Positions 1 to 18,590 of a DNA stretch of 64,000 bases are shown one piece after another. The position numbers were made by a program, and so were the translations under genes. The stretch's first letter is position 1, and each line of letters opens with the position of its first letter. Source of the DNA: the human T2T-CHM13v2.0 reference genome, Homo sapiens; the NCBI RefSeq assembly GCF_009914755.1, contig NC_060934.1. One strand, 5' to 3'. The notes under the pieces are model-generated. The model saw nothing but the letters and a program-made list of their open reading frames with translations. It did not search any database and had not been told where the DNA came from.

Positions 1-20
1 ATTGGCATTATTACTATTAT

Positions 21-590
<570 letters not shown>

Positions 591-2651
591 AACCTTTTTC
601 TCTTTCCTTTATATAACATACTAGAACAATTTCCTTTGTATGGTGAATCACTCCTTCTTCAAGAACAAATGAGAGTTTTCTCTAGTCTCTTTGAAAAGTT
701 GTGTATACTTACAGGTATAGAGTTTCTTGGTCAAAAATCTGTCCAGACCAAACACAGTAATCTCAATATTTTCCTAGGCTGTGTTTTGAAAGACAAGTTC
801 AAGTAATTTACTTGACTCTCTAAGTGTTCACTGTTATTGTCACTGTAGTATACTCTACTTATCCCATATTTGACTCAAATCGAGACAATAAATATTAGAG
901 ATTATTTTAGGACTCAGATTTATTTTGATAGAGAAGCCATTTTTAGTTTGTAAAATAGGAGTTTTAGGTGCAAGTATGGAACAGAAAACTCTGACTTTAT
1001 AAACTGGTTGCATTAATCTCTATACTATCCCATATAGTACTGTGAAAATATGTATTTGAATTAATTGAATGTATTTGAGTCTATTCTGAGAGTCTAGGAT
1101 GTACCTGGGGGAAGAGGAAAAAATTGTGAAATTATAAAACAGGATCCAATCTCCTCTTTCTTACTGTAACAAGCTAACTCATTTTCTTTCTTCTCTTATG
1201 TATACTAAGATAAGTCTCTATACATGAATTACATTTTTCAAATGGTTTGAAGAACCCCTAACTAATCTCCAGCTAAGAAATAGCTCCCTTTAATTATTGC
1301 TTACCCAATCACAATGGAGAAATGTCAGTGAGAAAATAAAAAAAAAAAGTATTTATCTAAATGTTGAGGCTATGATGACATCTTTAAAGAAAGCAGCAAA
1401 TAAAAACTTTTTTTTCATAGAGAAAAGTAGCAAAGATTAACCTAATATGTCACAAAAAGCACTTAAAAGTCAATTTGAATCAGGGGTTATACATTCACAA
1501 ATGGGGGAGTAAAAGTTGAGATACCTTGAGGAAAACCGAACTTTATTGAAAACACCAAATTGGAGAACCAAATTAAGTCAACAAATTCACTTTTTACCAC
1601 CTGGTGTGAGTACCATTCCTTTATCTATGTGAAGAGAAGTGGGGCATGGATGCTATGTTTAGATCTCCTGATTTTTAGGTAGAAAACAAAGCATATCAGA
1701 ACCACTTCTTTGCTTGTATTAAAGTCAATTTCATGTCCAATTTTCCCTTTAAAACATTTGATTAGATTTTCTTGGAATAAAAGACTTCTGTCTCACTAAC
1801 TTTTTAAGAACTCTCTACCTTTGATTTGCAATTTTGCATGATTGGATCTTGGAAACATTTCATCCTAACTTATGAGTTGTTCTGATTTGTGTCCCTGGAT
1901 GGTGCACTTATGTACGTTATTATCCACTGGATATTTATACTTCTAAGGCACCGATAAGGTCTTGGGCAAATAACATTTCTTACTTACTAAATTATTAATT
2001 GGAACATTATAAGAAAGTTTTTTAAAAAAGACAAAAAAATAGGCAAAGAGAGAAAACATATTTCAACTCACCCTTGCTTAATGATATAGTAGGAAGTACA
2101 TATCAGATTATACATTCCAGGGACCCTCTTGGGAAAAGGAGGTTAATGTAACCAACTTACTCTTACTTGCTGCCAGGTCCAGCAGGCTGATTAAATAATT
2201 TAGTTGTTTTGGCTGTGCAGCTGTTCCTCAGTTTTACTGTCCTGTGTTGACATCATCCCAGACTCCTTTGCATTCTCTCCAACTGTGAGTAACAGAGAAA
2301 AAGTCCTGCCTTAGGCGGAGTTATTGGAGTACTGTGAAGCTCTCTCTTTTATCATTCTAAATAGGCCTAGACTCTTCAGGAGAGACACTGATAAGGTCAA
2401 TGGCAACATTATTAGTTCTCTTTGAAATCTGTTGTTTGTAACTAAACTTTTTCTTCCCTTCCTTCAGGTTGGCTCTTGCCATTCAAAGCCAAGCTGGAAG
2501 AGATTAAAAGTTTCTGTTCCTTCTCAATTGCTTTGGCCTAACATGCTCTGAGTTTGGAAATTTAACTGCCTCTTTTGTTCTCCCTCATTTCACTTGTGCC
2601 TTCCCTTTTGGGGAGCAAATTACTGCTTTTGAAGGAGAATGAGTTGGAAGA

Positions 2652-2682
2652 TGTGTGTGTGTATGTGTGTGTGTGTGTGTGT
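2652..2682. repeat. (TG)n microsatellite
   Basis: About 15 TG units with one TA interruption. Confidence 0.95.
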
Positions 2683-3196
2683 TGGTAGTATGGAAGATGG
2701 GGAGGATAAAAAGAGAAGAGCTTAAGAAGTAAAGACAAAACTCTCAGTTCGGTATTAATATCTCTACGTCTTATTTACAAAGCAAATAGGGAATGGGAGA
2801 AAATATTTGCTAATTATAGGTGTTATAAGGGACTTGTATCCATAATTTTTACAAGACACTTACAGCTTAATAATAAAAAGATGAATAATTAATAAGATGA
2901 GAAAAGCACTTGAATAGACCTTTCTCCAAAGAAGATACACAAAAGTCCTGTAAGGACACAAAAAATTTCTTAACATTATTAGTCATTCGGGAAATGCAAG
3001 TCAAAATCACAGTTAACATACTACCTCACACCCACCATATTGACTAGAATAAAACATAATAGACAATAACAAGTATTGGCAAGGATATAGAGAAATTTGA
3101 ACCTTTACACATAGCTGGTGAGATTGGAAAATGGTGTGCCTTCTTTGGAAAACAGTTTGGCAACTCCTCAAAATGTTAAACATGGGGTTACCGCGT

Positions 3197-3758
3197 TGTC
3201 AGAGGTGTGTGAGCCAGAGCAACCCCATCTTGAGTAGAAGCTGGGTAAAATGAGCCTAAAACCTACTGGGCTGCATTCCCAGACAGTTAAGGCACTCTAA
3301 TTCACAGAATAAGATAGGAAGTCAGCACAAGATGCAGATCATAAAGACCTTGCTAATAAAGCAGGTTTCAGTAAAGAACCCAGCTAAAACCCACCAAAAC
3401 CAATACAATATGGTGACAAGAGTGACCTCTGGTCGTCCTCACTGCTATACTCCCACCAGCACCATGACAGTTTACAAATGCCACGGCAACATCAGGAAGT
3501 TACCCTAAATGGTGTAAAAACGGAAGGTATGAATAAGCCACCCCTTGCTTAGCATATAATCAGGAAATAAATAACCATCAGTATGGGCAACCAGCAGCCC
3601 TGGGGGCTGCTCTGTCTATGGAGTAGCCATTCTTTAGTCCTTTACTTTCTTAATACACTTGCTTTCACTTTACTCTGTGGACTCGCCTTGAATTCTTTCT
3701 TGTGTGATATCCAAGAACCCTCTCTTGGGGTCTGGATCAGGACCCCTTTCTTGTAACT
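3197..3758 (+). mobile_element. MER41A solo LTR (ERV1)
   Basis: Starts tgtcagagg...ccagagcaa and ends ccaagaaccctctcttggggtctggatcaggacccctttcttgtaac; about 560 bp; lacks the MER41B-specific segments. Confidence 0.9.
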
Positions 3759-4087
3759 GTATGACCTAGCAATTCTGCTCCTAGGTGCATACCCAAGAGA
3801 ATTGGAAACACATGTCTATACAAAAACTTACACACAAAGGTTGATAGCATTATTATTCATGATATTCAAAAAGTGCAAACAACCCAAGTGGTCATCAGCT
3901 GATGGATGGGTAAATAAAATGTGGTATATTCATACAATAAAATATTACTTGACTTTAAAATGGGTGAAGGACTTGATATATGCTACAACATGGATGACTT
4001 TGAAAGCATTTTGTTAAGTAAATAAAAGTAAAATGACACATATTGTGTGATTTCATTTACATGAAGTATATAAAACAGACAAATCTA

Positions 4088-4452
<365 letters not shown>

Positions 4453-5129
4453 GAGTGTGGATTTCTTTTTAGGGTGATAAAAACATTCTAAAATTTGATG
4501 GTGACAATGGTTGTACAACTCTGAATATACCGAAAACCATTGAATTTATTCTTTACATGGGTAAATTTTATAATGTCTCACTAAAGCTGTTATTAAAAAG
4601 TACATATGGACTTTGATTTCAGTTGTGATAATTTCAATGAAGGAAACTTTTGGGCTTATAAGAAGAATATGTACTTGGGGGTCTCATTTGACTTGACAGC
4701 CATGCAAATATCCTGATGGCAAAGTATAGTATGAAATTTTAAGTATTAACAAAAATAATACATGTTTTAAAAGTAGGCATGTAAAAGAGATTTGGTAGGG
4801 ATGTTGTAGATACTTACACGTTGATTTAGTGGTTGAACAATATTAACTTTTTAGCATCTATCTGAGATTCTGTATTTAATTCTCAACAAAGATCTTCCTA
4901 GTTCTAATTCTCAGTGATTTTTATTTCTCTCCCTATAGAGAGGTCCCTCTCCCATATTTTGTAAGTCAATTTAGCCATCATTACATAGAAAAAAACAAAT
5001 GCTTGTTCATTGCTTTAAATTGGTGTCTAGTTATGTGAACATAACTTGAGATATAAATTCCTTAAAAGCAAAACTATATTCATATTTCCTTTAACTGGGT
5101 TCCTATATGCATTTGATTAAAACAACAGT

Positions 5130-5342
5130 AATACCTTCCACTTATTGATGCAAACTCTGTGCCAGGCTAAGGCCATTTGTCTAATCCCATCTGAGTAATA
5201 ACAATAGTACTATTCTTATTATTCCTAGTCCCAATGTGCAGGTGGGAAGACTGAGCCTCAGATAACACAGCGAATTAAATGGGGAAGTATTTTACCCTAT
5301 GCAATCCGACCCTGGAATCAGTACCTTTCAGTACTATACTGC
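5130..5342 (-). mobile_element. MIR
   Basis: Degenerate antisense MIR: tgtgccaggc ... caggtgggaagactgagcctcaga. Confidence 0.6.
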
Positions 5343-6909
5343 ATTGTAACTTGAAAGTTTGCGGAATTAATAAAAGAAAAAATTCTCCCACCCCTGACTC
5401 TTTCTTTTAAATAGGTTGTACTTCCTTCTGAAAATATCGACTTGACTTATTTTTTTTTATTTTTTTTTTTGTGAGAGTAATTAGCTTTTTCTCAGTCAGC
5501 ATTTTAAATTTGTTGTGACAGGGATCCATTTTATGCTTTCCACGAGACCCGAAACAAAGTGTTTCTAGACATTTTATTGCCAGAATATGCATGCTTTGCT
5601 CCATGCTGCTTGTAATTCATTAAAATGTATGTGCTCTGCAAATAGGAAACCAATCTGCAATAAATCAGCTTTCTAGAAAACATTCATGGAAAGTGTTCGA
5701 AATGGTTGCTCTGTAAGAATACACAAACCTGCTTGGTATTTGTGTGATTTGCTGTCATTTATGGGGTTTGTAAACAAATAGTGGATTTGTGTGAAACTGT
5801 AAATTAGTAGCCTGCCTTCAGCATGTGTGTGAGATCTGCTTACAAAATGCCATTTGATAGCATCTGAGCAGATCACGATGAGCTCCAAATTCCTTTTACA
5901 GGGACAAGTGATGCACACTGGTCTGAATTAGATAAATTGCCCTGACCCAAGATTTTCAACTATTTTTTTTCTTAATCCGAGACATATTTGTAGCTGCCAG
6001 AAAACCTAGCTCACGGGCTTGTACACAGTTGGCATCTAAGGCATAAATCAATGAAGAATAGAAGCCCACTCGTGCTTACAAGTAACAGGCTAAAGATAAG
6101 AAAATCAGTTGGGCTTTCAGTTTTAGCCACAGAATACAAAGCTTGTTTGTGCTAGGGAGAGTTATCAAACAACGTGGTGCAGGAGATAATGTGGGTATTC
6201 AGTTCCAGGCCTCCCCAAGACCTTTGACTACAGAGTACTTCTCTGAATCCATAGCAAGGGCAACCTACTGCTTCCCTGCGGAAAAGGAATCATGCAGTTC
6301 CTTAGGCCAGGGGGTATAAGTCTGTTTCCTGGTAGATAAGGCTCTGAACCAGGGCAGGCAGTATTTTAGTAATGAGCATTCCTCAAATCAGTCAATGTTA
6401 ATGAGGAACAAACTGTGACCAACCAAGGCTTTAGGGAGATGGCAGTTGTTGTGAGAAAGGATGTTCTGTTTGCCTCATGTTCTATGTGTTCCCTTAATTA
6501 TTATGAGATTCTGTAAGTGAGCTCCTCTTCACTCTCTGGGAAGAGCTACCATTCTTTTTTATTACTTACACCTAAAAATTATTATTTTAATAAACGTAAC
6601 ATGATTTGTCTTGTAAATAGACCTGCTGTGCAATACCATTCTGCAGATTTTTTTTTTTGCTTTGACTTTGTGCAAATCAGTTTACATTACAGAAGTTAAT
6701 AATTGCTAGGCATGAGAGTGTTGTCTCTCCCTGACTCCTCTTTCCTCTTCCAAAAATGTTCTTTAAGGTCAAATTGAACAGCCCCCCACCTTTTTTTTTT
6801 AAAGTGGCTTACCCTGACTAATTCTACTCTATCCTGTTTGTTGTTTTCTTAATCCTTTTGTACAGTTTGTACTACAAAGCTGCATGCTTGATCCTATATT
6901 GCCTGGAAC

Positions 6910-7047
6910 TTGTCTGTCTCCCAGTTTTCTGTAAGTACCTAAGCACAGGGTATGTCTTAACATATATCCCAAGTTTCCAGCACAGCAAGGATTTGTGGAA
7001 GAATTATGCCTGGTACTTATTAAATAAACAATAAATATTTGTTGAAT
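6910..7047 (+). mobile_element. L2 3' end
   Basis: ctgtaag ... tgcctggtac ... caataaatatttgttgaat tail. Confidence 0.6.
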
Positions 7048-7729
7048 CAGAAGTCTGAGTAGGCTTACAATAAATGCATACATGCTACCCGAGTGACCCA
7101 ATGAATGAAACAAAATTGTTCTGTTTTGCATTTGGATGCTTTATTACCACAACTAGATTAAAAATGCATCAAGGACAGGGAGCATGCCTTCTGAAATACA
7201 AGAACTCATCATGAGGGCATGTAGAGTAGAGGTTGCTGGTAGGAGATTGTCAAGGATACACAATCAAGGTGGAAAACAAAGAAGGTGTGGGAAGCTAAGG
7301 ACAGAAAGATCATGGGAAAGGAATAAGACTCATTTTTCTTCTATCATCCTTCTCCTTTCCCTATCCATCCCAGGGAGATATAACAAAGGCCAAACCTTTA
7401 GAAGGATATTTTGAAGAAGAAAGAAACTTTTGTAGAAGATGTTGATTTTCCAATATAAGGTCCCGGGGAGAGAGCTGAACTGTTGTCAGTTACTGTTCAC
7501 TCCACAAGGATGTGAAGGCCTCTGATAGCCATCTTGCCGATTTCCCAGTTACAGTTTAGTGCTTGCCTATGGGAATCTCCTAATTAACAATCTTACAGTG
7601 TTCATGTCTTCTCTCTTTCTGTTTAGTTTCGTGTCTACAGAATAGAGATAGTGATCCTACATATATGGATATATGTATGCATATATGTGTGTGTTTATAT
7701 ATCTATCTTTATATCGCCATATAATTATA

Positions 7730-7885
7730 ATGCCTGGGTTTGAATATTGGCAGCACCCTTTAATTGTGGTTCAATCATTCCTTAGCTATGTGATCTTGAG
7801 CAAGTTACTTAACTCCCCTAAGCTCCATTTGTTTTCTTCTGGAAAAGAAGGATAGTAATAATACCTACCTCATAGAACTGTTTCT
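7730..7885 (+). mobile_element. MIR, 5' part (continues at 13070)
   Basis: tgcctgggtttgaat, agctatgtgatcttgagcaagttacttaac, taataatacctacctcatag. Confidence 0.85.
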
Positions 7886-7905
7886 AATTTTACTTTTAAA
7901 CATAA

Positions 7906-13050
<5,145 letters not shown>

Positions 13051-13069
13051 TACTTTTTAAAAAATATAA

Positions 13070-13150
13070 AATATAATCACCATCTAAAGCACTTAGCACA
13101 ATGCATGGCATGTAGTGAGCACATATTTTTAGCTCTTACTGTTATTTATT
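13070..13150 (+). mobile_element. MIR, 3' part
   Basis: taaagcacttagcacaatgcatggcatgtagtgagcac. Confidence 0.75.
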
Positions 13151-14142
13151 ATTATTCCATTGAGAAAAACATTTCCTAATAATAATGAAATGACAACATG
13201 ATATGGTAGCATCACAAAAATCAATACATCTTTCTGAGCATATTAGAAATTATTTCTGTATGAAATAACAGGTTTAAGGAAAAAATTTAATGTGGTCAGA
13301 AGTGTGCAATCAAAATAATGAGATGACATTGGCATGAAGAACAAACTCGAGCTGAACGCTAGGCCAGATAACCTGTAACAAGAGAGAACAGTGAGGAATA
13401 GGAAAGAAAGTAGCAGAAACTGGGATTGAAGGAGTGTAAGTTTGGAAATAGAAAATGTGGTGAGGGGGATAATAGCCTCTGTAGATATTTGACCCGTAGC
13501 AGAATTGATTCAGCAAGCTTTGTCTTTTGTTTTCAAAGATGGTGCTTTCTGATGAGGATTGTTATTTGTACCAAGAGATGCTGCTGAACAGTTTATTCCG
13601 AGAAAAGCTGCCCTTTGGTTCTCAGCTGTCGCCACTGTTTAAAACAAAGCTGTCATGGATGTGTGGCTTGCCCCACCTCTTTGCTTCCCCACCCCTGATA
13701 ACTGTGCATCTGCTTGCCCTGGGTGCTACTGCATTTTTCAAGCGGCTAGAATTGTCACAGCATTTGAAAAGCATGAGGAAAGCATTCCTCCTGTCCTGCC
13801 TGCTTGTAGACATATCAGTTTTCCATAGTTACGGCTTATTTTCTCTGAAAATTTCTTGCCTAGCATAGTTTTTTTTTTTTTTTTTAACTGAATAACATCT
13901 CCTGAGTATCTCCCAAGTAGCTCTAGAAGTTTTGCTTGCTTCCAAAACCTCACGATCAGCAATTCTGCCATACCTTTTAGTGTTAAGACTGATATGTAGT
14001 TCTACCTGGTAATTGTAAGTAACCAATTTTATATTTATAAAACAGAAAGCATTGCAGCCTGGCAAATGTTGGATCCCATCTGCACCATGAATTTTCAGTT
14101 TGTTCTAGACCTTGATTCCTGTATTTGTTTCCTAAATGGACT

Positions 14143-14632
14143 ACTAGATTATATGAGTCACCTGGGGAAGTTGCTTAAAATATAGATTTCTAGAAGCCAC
14201 CTGAGAATTACTGAAATGTATCAATAGATGATATGGTTTGACCATATTCCTATCCAAATCTCATTTTGAATTGTAGCTCCCATAATTCCCACATACTGTG
14301 GGAGGGACCTGGTGGGAGATAATTGAATCATAGGGGTGGTTTCTCTCATACTGTTCTTGTGGTAGTGACTGTGTCTCACGAGATCTGATGATTTTATAAG
14401 GGGTTTCCCATTTTGCTTGACTCTCATTCTCTCTTGTCTGCCACCATGTGAGACGTGCCTTTCACCTTTCATCATGACTGTGAGGCCTCTCCAGCCACAT
14501 GGAACTGTGAGTCCATTAACCTAAAACCTCTTTTTCTTTATAAATTACCCAGTCTTGGGTATGTCTTTATCAGCAGAGTGAAAATGGACTAATACAATAG
14601 GGAAGGAGTCTGGAAACCTGCACGTTAAATAG
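14143..14632. mobile_element. MER5A-like hAT MITE split by THE1
   Basis: gagtcacctggggaagttgcttaaaatatagatttctag ... ggagtctggaaacctgcacgttaaa. Confidence 0.6.
14229..14596 (+). mobile_element. THE1 (A-C type) solo LTR, MaLR
   Basis: tgatatggtttg ... aaatggactaataca; 5-bp TSD ataga/atagg. Confidence 0.93.
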
Positions 14633-16465
14633 TAACAGTAATATTGCAAGTCAGGTTACAGATTGGCAGCAGCAATCAAACATACACAAAAACATGCAAT
14701 ACACACACACTCATGCATTCACATGCTATAGAGTCCCACTTTATTTAGTTAAGGAAACAGGAACTAATGGAAGTGGGTGGCTAAAGACAGCAGGAATAAA
14801 TACTTCCTATCTCTGCAGTGCTTTTCCCATGACCCCTCCTTCTATTACTAGGACTGAAAACAAAAGTTGACACTTCCCTCTCTCCTTGCACTTTTGTTAT
14901 AAGATTTGTATTATCATTTGAGACTATGTTATTCTAAAATTTTGGCATTTCCATTTAAGGCAGGAGTCAGCAAATTGTTTGCCACCTGGTTTTATATGAA
15001 GTTTTTGAAGCTGATTTTGGCAGCAATGAACTAGACCTTAATTCTCTGGATACATTTCTGGCAATTATATCATGTGCCTTAAGGCAAGTACTAGTAGACT
15101 GTGGCTTTCTAGGCATATGAGTTTGTGACAACTTTCAGGAAACAGGTCACACTCTAAATCCAGATAGATGAGAAACTTCCTTACTGAATTGAAAAAGGTG
15201 TTTTAAGTGGAAATCAGGAGGCCTCCTGAGGCTTCTGTCATTACTTTCAGTGTCAGCTTCTTAAAAAGCTCAAGGGCCAGAAAGCTTGAGGTGGGAGAGA
15301 AAAAGTGTTAATAAAGAACAATTATGGTACACTCTGACTGACATTTGAATTTGTAATACTCCTTTCTAATTAGCATTAAAGCTTTCTCTATTTGAGGAAA
15401 AAGATATGTGACTGAACTTTAACTCCTAAAGAGATGTTTTAACAGCTGCTCACCATCCTAAGATGAATATCAGCAATTAGAACTATTATCGTTTTCTGTC
15501 ATCATTATGGCTACTGTTATCAATCTTCAGCACAGAAAGCCATGATGCTAATGCTGGCTGTACCAAACTATGAAATCCTAATTACCATTCCATGCTCTAG
15601 AAAAGAAGCTATTTGTAAGAACAAAACAGCTATTAAGTGGAGGAGGGCATGGTAGACTTTTAGTGTGCTGATAATTTGGAATCACCAGCTAAAAGAATTC
15701 TGGAAAGTAACCCCTTCTTTCATCTGCTTCTTAACTGATTTTAAGGGTTATCGGATATTTTCCAAAGCAGTTTGGGATGGATATTGTATACTTTGACCTC
15801 TCAAATGTGGCTCCCACACTGATTTTGCAATCAGCTAATATCACTGTTTGATGACAATCAAAGAGCGTTCATGCATAATTACTGTTGACCCACAAAGAGA
15901 TACAGTTAGTGGAAAAATGGCTCTAATATATAAAAAATAGTACATCTGTTACTGAGACACAGCCTTCGCAATTATATATAGTAGTCTAAAACGTGTACTT
16001 CACTATTAAGTTATTTGATCAACTATTTTGAAACTACAGAGAATATTGCCCTTGGCCACTCACTCTTTACCTACTTTTATTTGATATTCAAAGAGAGTAA
16101 TTAAATTGTTTATTCTAACTGTAGTCATAAATACACCCCATACCAGACCAAAACAATAACAACAACCATACTTTCAACATTAATGTATAAATCAAGAAAG
16201 CTGAATATAGAAGACTGAAACTAATTAACTTGCCATTTTACTTATCTACGTTTTTGTTAATCAAATAGGACTCACCCACCAATTGCTGAGGAGTTATCAA
16301 TGGATCAAGAAGGAGTTTTATCAGTAATGTTAAGGCAAAACCCTCAGACTTAACACTATATCATTTTTCTTTAAGTGGAAGAGTGTTAAAAGGAAAGACT
16401 TTCTTTTGACCCCAGCTACATAATCTTCTTCCTAGCATTGCCTGACCAACATCTGAATTCCTTCC

Positions 16466-16770
16466 TTTTTTTTTTTTTTTTTTTTTTTGAGACCAAGTCT
16501 CATTCGGTGGCCCAGGCTGGAGTACAGTGGCACAATGTTGGCTAACTGCAACCTCCACCTCCCGGATTCAAGCGATTCTCCCACCTCAGTCTGTGGAGTA
16601 GCTGGGATTACAGGCATGTGTCACCATGCCTGGCTAATTTTTGTATTTTTAGTAGAGATGGGTTTTCACCATGTTGGCCAGGCTGGCCTTGAACTCCTGA
16701 CCTCAAGTGATCTGCCTGCCTCGGCCTCTCAAAGTGCTGGGAGTACAGGCATGAGCCACTGCACCTGGCC
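16466..16770 (-). mobile_element. AluS (Sz/Sx-like)
   Basis: Full antisense dimer; short TSD tgaattc. Confidence 0.95.
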
Positions 16771-17166
16771 TGAATTCTGATATAAATGTAAAACACAGAA
16801 AGTTAGAGGGTCTAAAGCTGTGTTTCTCAGGTAAAATATGTTTATGAGAATTAACATAAATTCTAGATATTCTGGAGCTTCCTCTTAGAGGATACTACAT
16901 ATTGAATTCTAACAAGATTTTTTGAATTTTGTTACCGTTTCTCTAACTGACCTAGGGACATGTTATTTTCACCTTTTACCTATCTGTTGCACAGAACACC
17001 ATGAAACGTACTGTGAGGATGCTGGTCTAGGTATGAATCTTTGTGTAATAAAGTTGGCTTCCACATAGAAGCGTTATTGGAAATCTCAGTTACTGTAAGG
17101 TAGCATCAGAGGTACTGGAAGAAAAGAAAGTGACATGATCTTAGGTAGCAGCATGTCTAGAGACCC

Positions 17167-17556
17167 AAAGTTCACTCCATGTGGTGGTATGTCAGAATTT
17201 CCTTCCTTCTAAGGCTGAATGAAACCTTGAGGACATTTATGCTAAGTGAAATAAGCTGGTTACTAAAACTGTATGATTCCACTTATGTGAGGCATTTAGA
17301 ATAGTTAAAATTGTAGAGGCAAAAAGTAGAATGGTGTTTGAGATGGAGTGGGGGGAGGAAAATGAGGAGTTACTGTTTAATCAATAGAGAGTTTCAGTTT
17401 TACAGATGAAAAGAGTTATGGAGCTGAATGATGGCAATGGTTGCATAACAATATGAACATACTTAATGCTAGTGAGATGTACACTTAAAAATGGTTAAGA
17501 TAGTAAATATTATGTCATGTATATTTTACCACAGTACAATTAATTAGAAAAAAAGA
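17167..17556 (+). mobile_element. L1MB 3' end with an inverted 5' segment (17167-17220)
   Basis: Sense 3'UTR ccttgaggacatttatgctaagtgaaataagc ... gtacacttaaaaatggttaagat; the preceding 54 bp are the reverse complement of the adjacent upstream L1 sequence. Confidence 0.85.
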
Positions 17557-17602
17557 ATGCCTTCTATTCTGTTGTAGATCTTTTTTTAATTTTAAAAGAA
17601 CC

Positions 17603-17908
17603 TTTTTTTTTCCTCTTTTTTTTTTTTTTTTTTTGAGACAGAGTCTCGTTCAGGTTACAGTTCAGCGGCATGACCTCGGCTCACTGCAGCTTCTGCCTCC
17701 TGAGTTCAAGTGATTCTCGTGCCTCAGCCTCCCAAGCAGCTGGGATTACAGGCATGTGCCATCATGCCCAGCTAGTTTTTGTATTTTTAGTAGAGACGGG
17801 GTTTCACCATGTTGGCCAGGCTGGTCTCGAACTCCTGATCTCTAGCAATCTGCCTGCCTCAGCCTCTCAAAGTGGTGGGATTACAGGTGTCAGCCACTGC
17901 GCCTGGCC
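17603..17908 (-). mobile_element. AluS
   Basis: Antisense dimer with poly(T) and a small deletion near the tail. Confidence 0.93.
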
Positions 17909-18449
17909 AAAATGAACATTCTTTTAGAAAAAGAAAGGCAAACGTAGTAGTTTTCATTATGTTTTGTTTTAAAATATTCTCACTTAGGAAAATAAAATTT
18001 AATGACCCTATTCTCTCCCTAAGTTATTAATATGGTTTCAAAATATTGTTAGGTTTCTAGACTCTGTAAGAATTGACAGTATACTGGAAGTGCTTCTCTC
18101 CTGTCCTCAGCATTGGTGACTCTCAGTGAGCTAGCTACTGCTCTTATTGAGGTTGTCTTTCTCTACTCCTCTGTAACATCGTATAAATTTGTGTGTTGCA
18201 GGAGCCTTGTGGCTATGATGTAAGTTTCGTCTCTGCGCAGTTAATTGGTCCATTATGGAACTGAATATTCAATTTTTGTGTCTCTGGCACATCTGTCTGA
18301 CAAAAAACTAATTGTCCTGGATTGAACCTGTTATTAGACCATCTTTTGTTACTCGAAAATTAATGTACCAGGGGTCAATTCAACATCTCAAAATACAATA
18401 ACCTCTAAAATAGGAAAGTCATGGGATGATAATAAATAAAATGCTAGAG

Positions 18450-18590
18450 GACTGGGTGCAGTAGCTTATTTCCATAATTCCAGTGCTTTGGGAGGCCATG
18501 GCCAGAAAATCACTTGAAGCCAGGAGTTCAAGACCAGGCTGGACAACATAGCGAGACCCCCATCGCTATAAAGAATAAAAATCTAAAATG
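18450..18590 (+). mobile_element. FLAM_C / free left Alu monomer
   Basis: Single monomer with A-rich tail; TSD aaataaaatgcta(g/a)ag at 18434-18449 and 18591-18606. Confidence 0.88.

Noticed and set aside
16361-17915. Several 60-97 aa ORFs (similar ones at 4294-4518 and 55714-55935)
   Set aside because: Standard Alu translations
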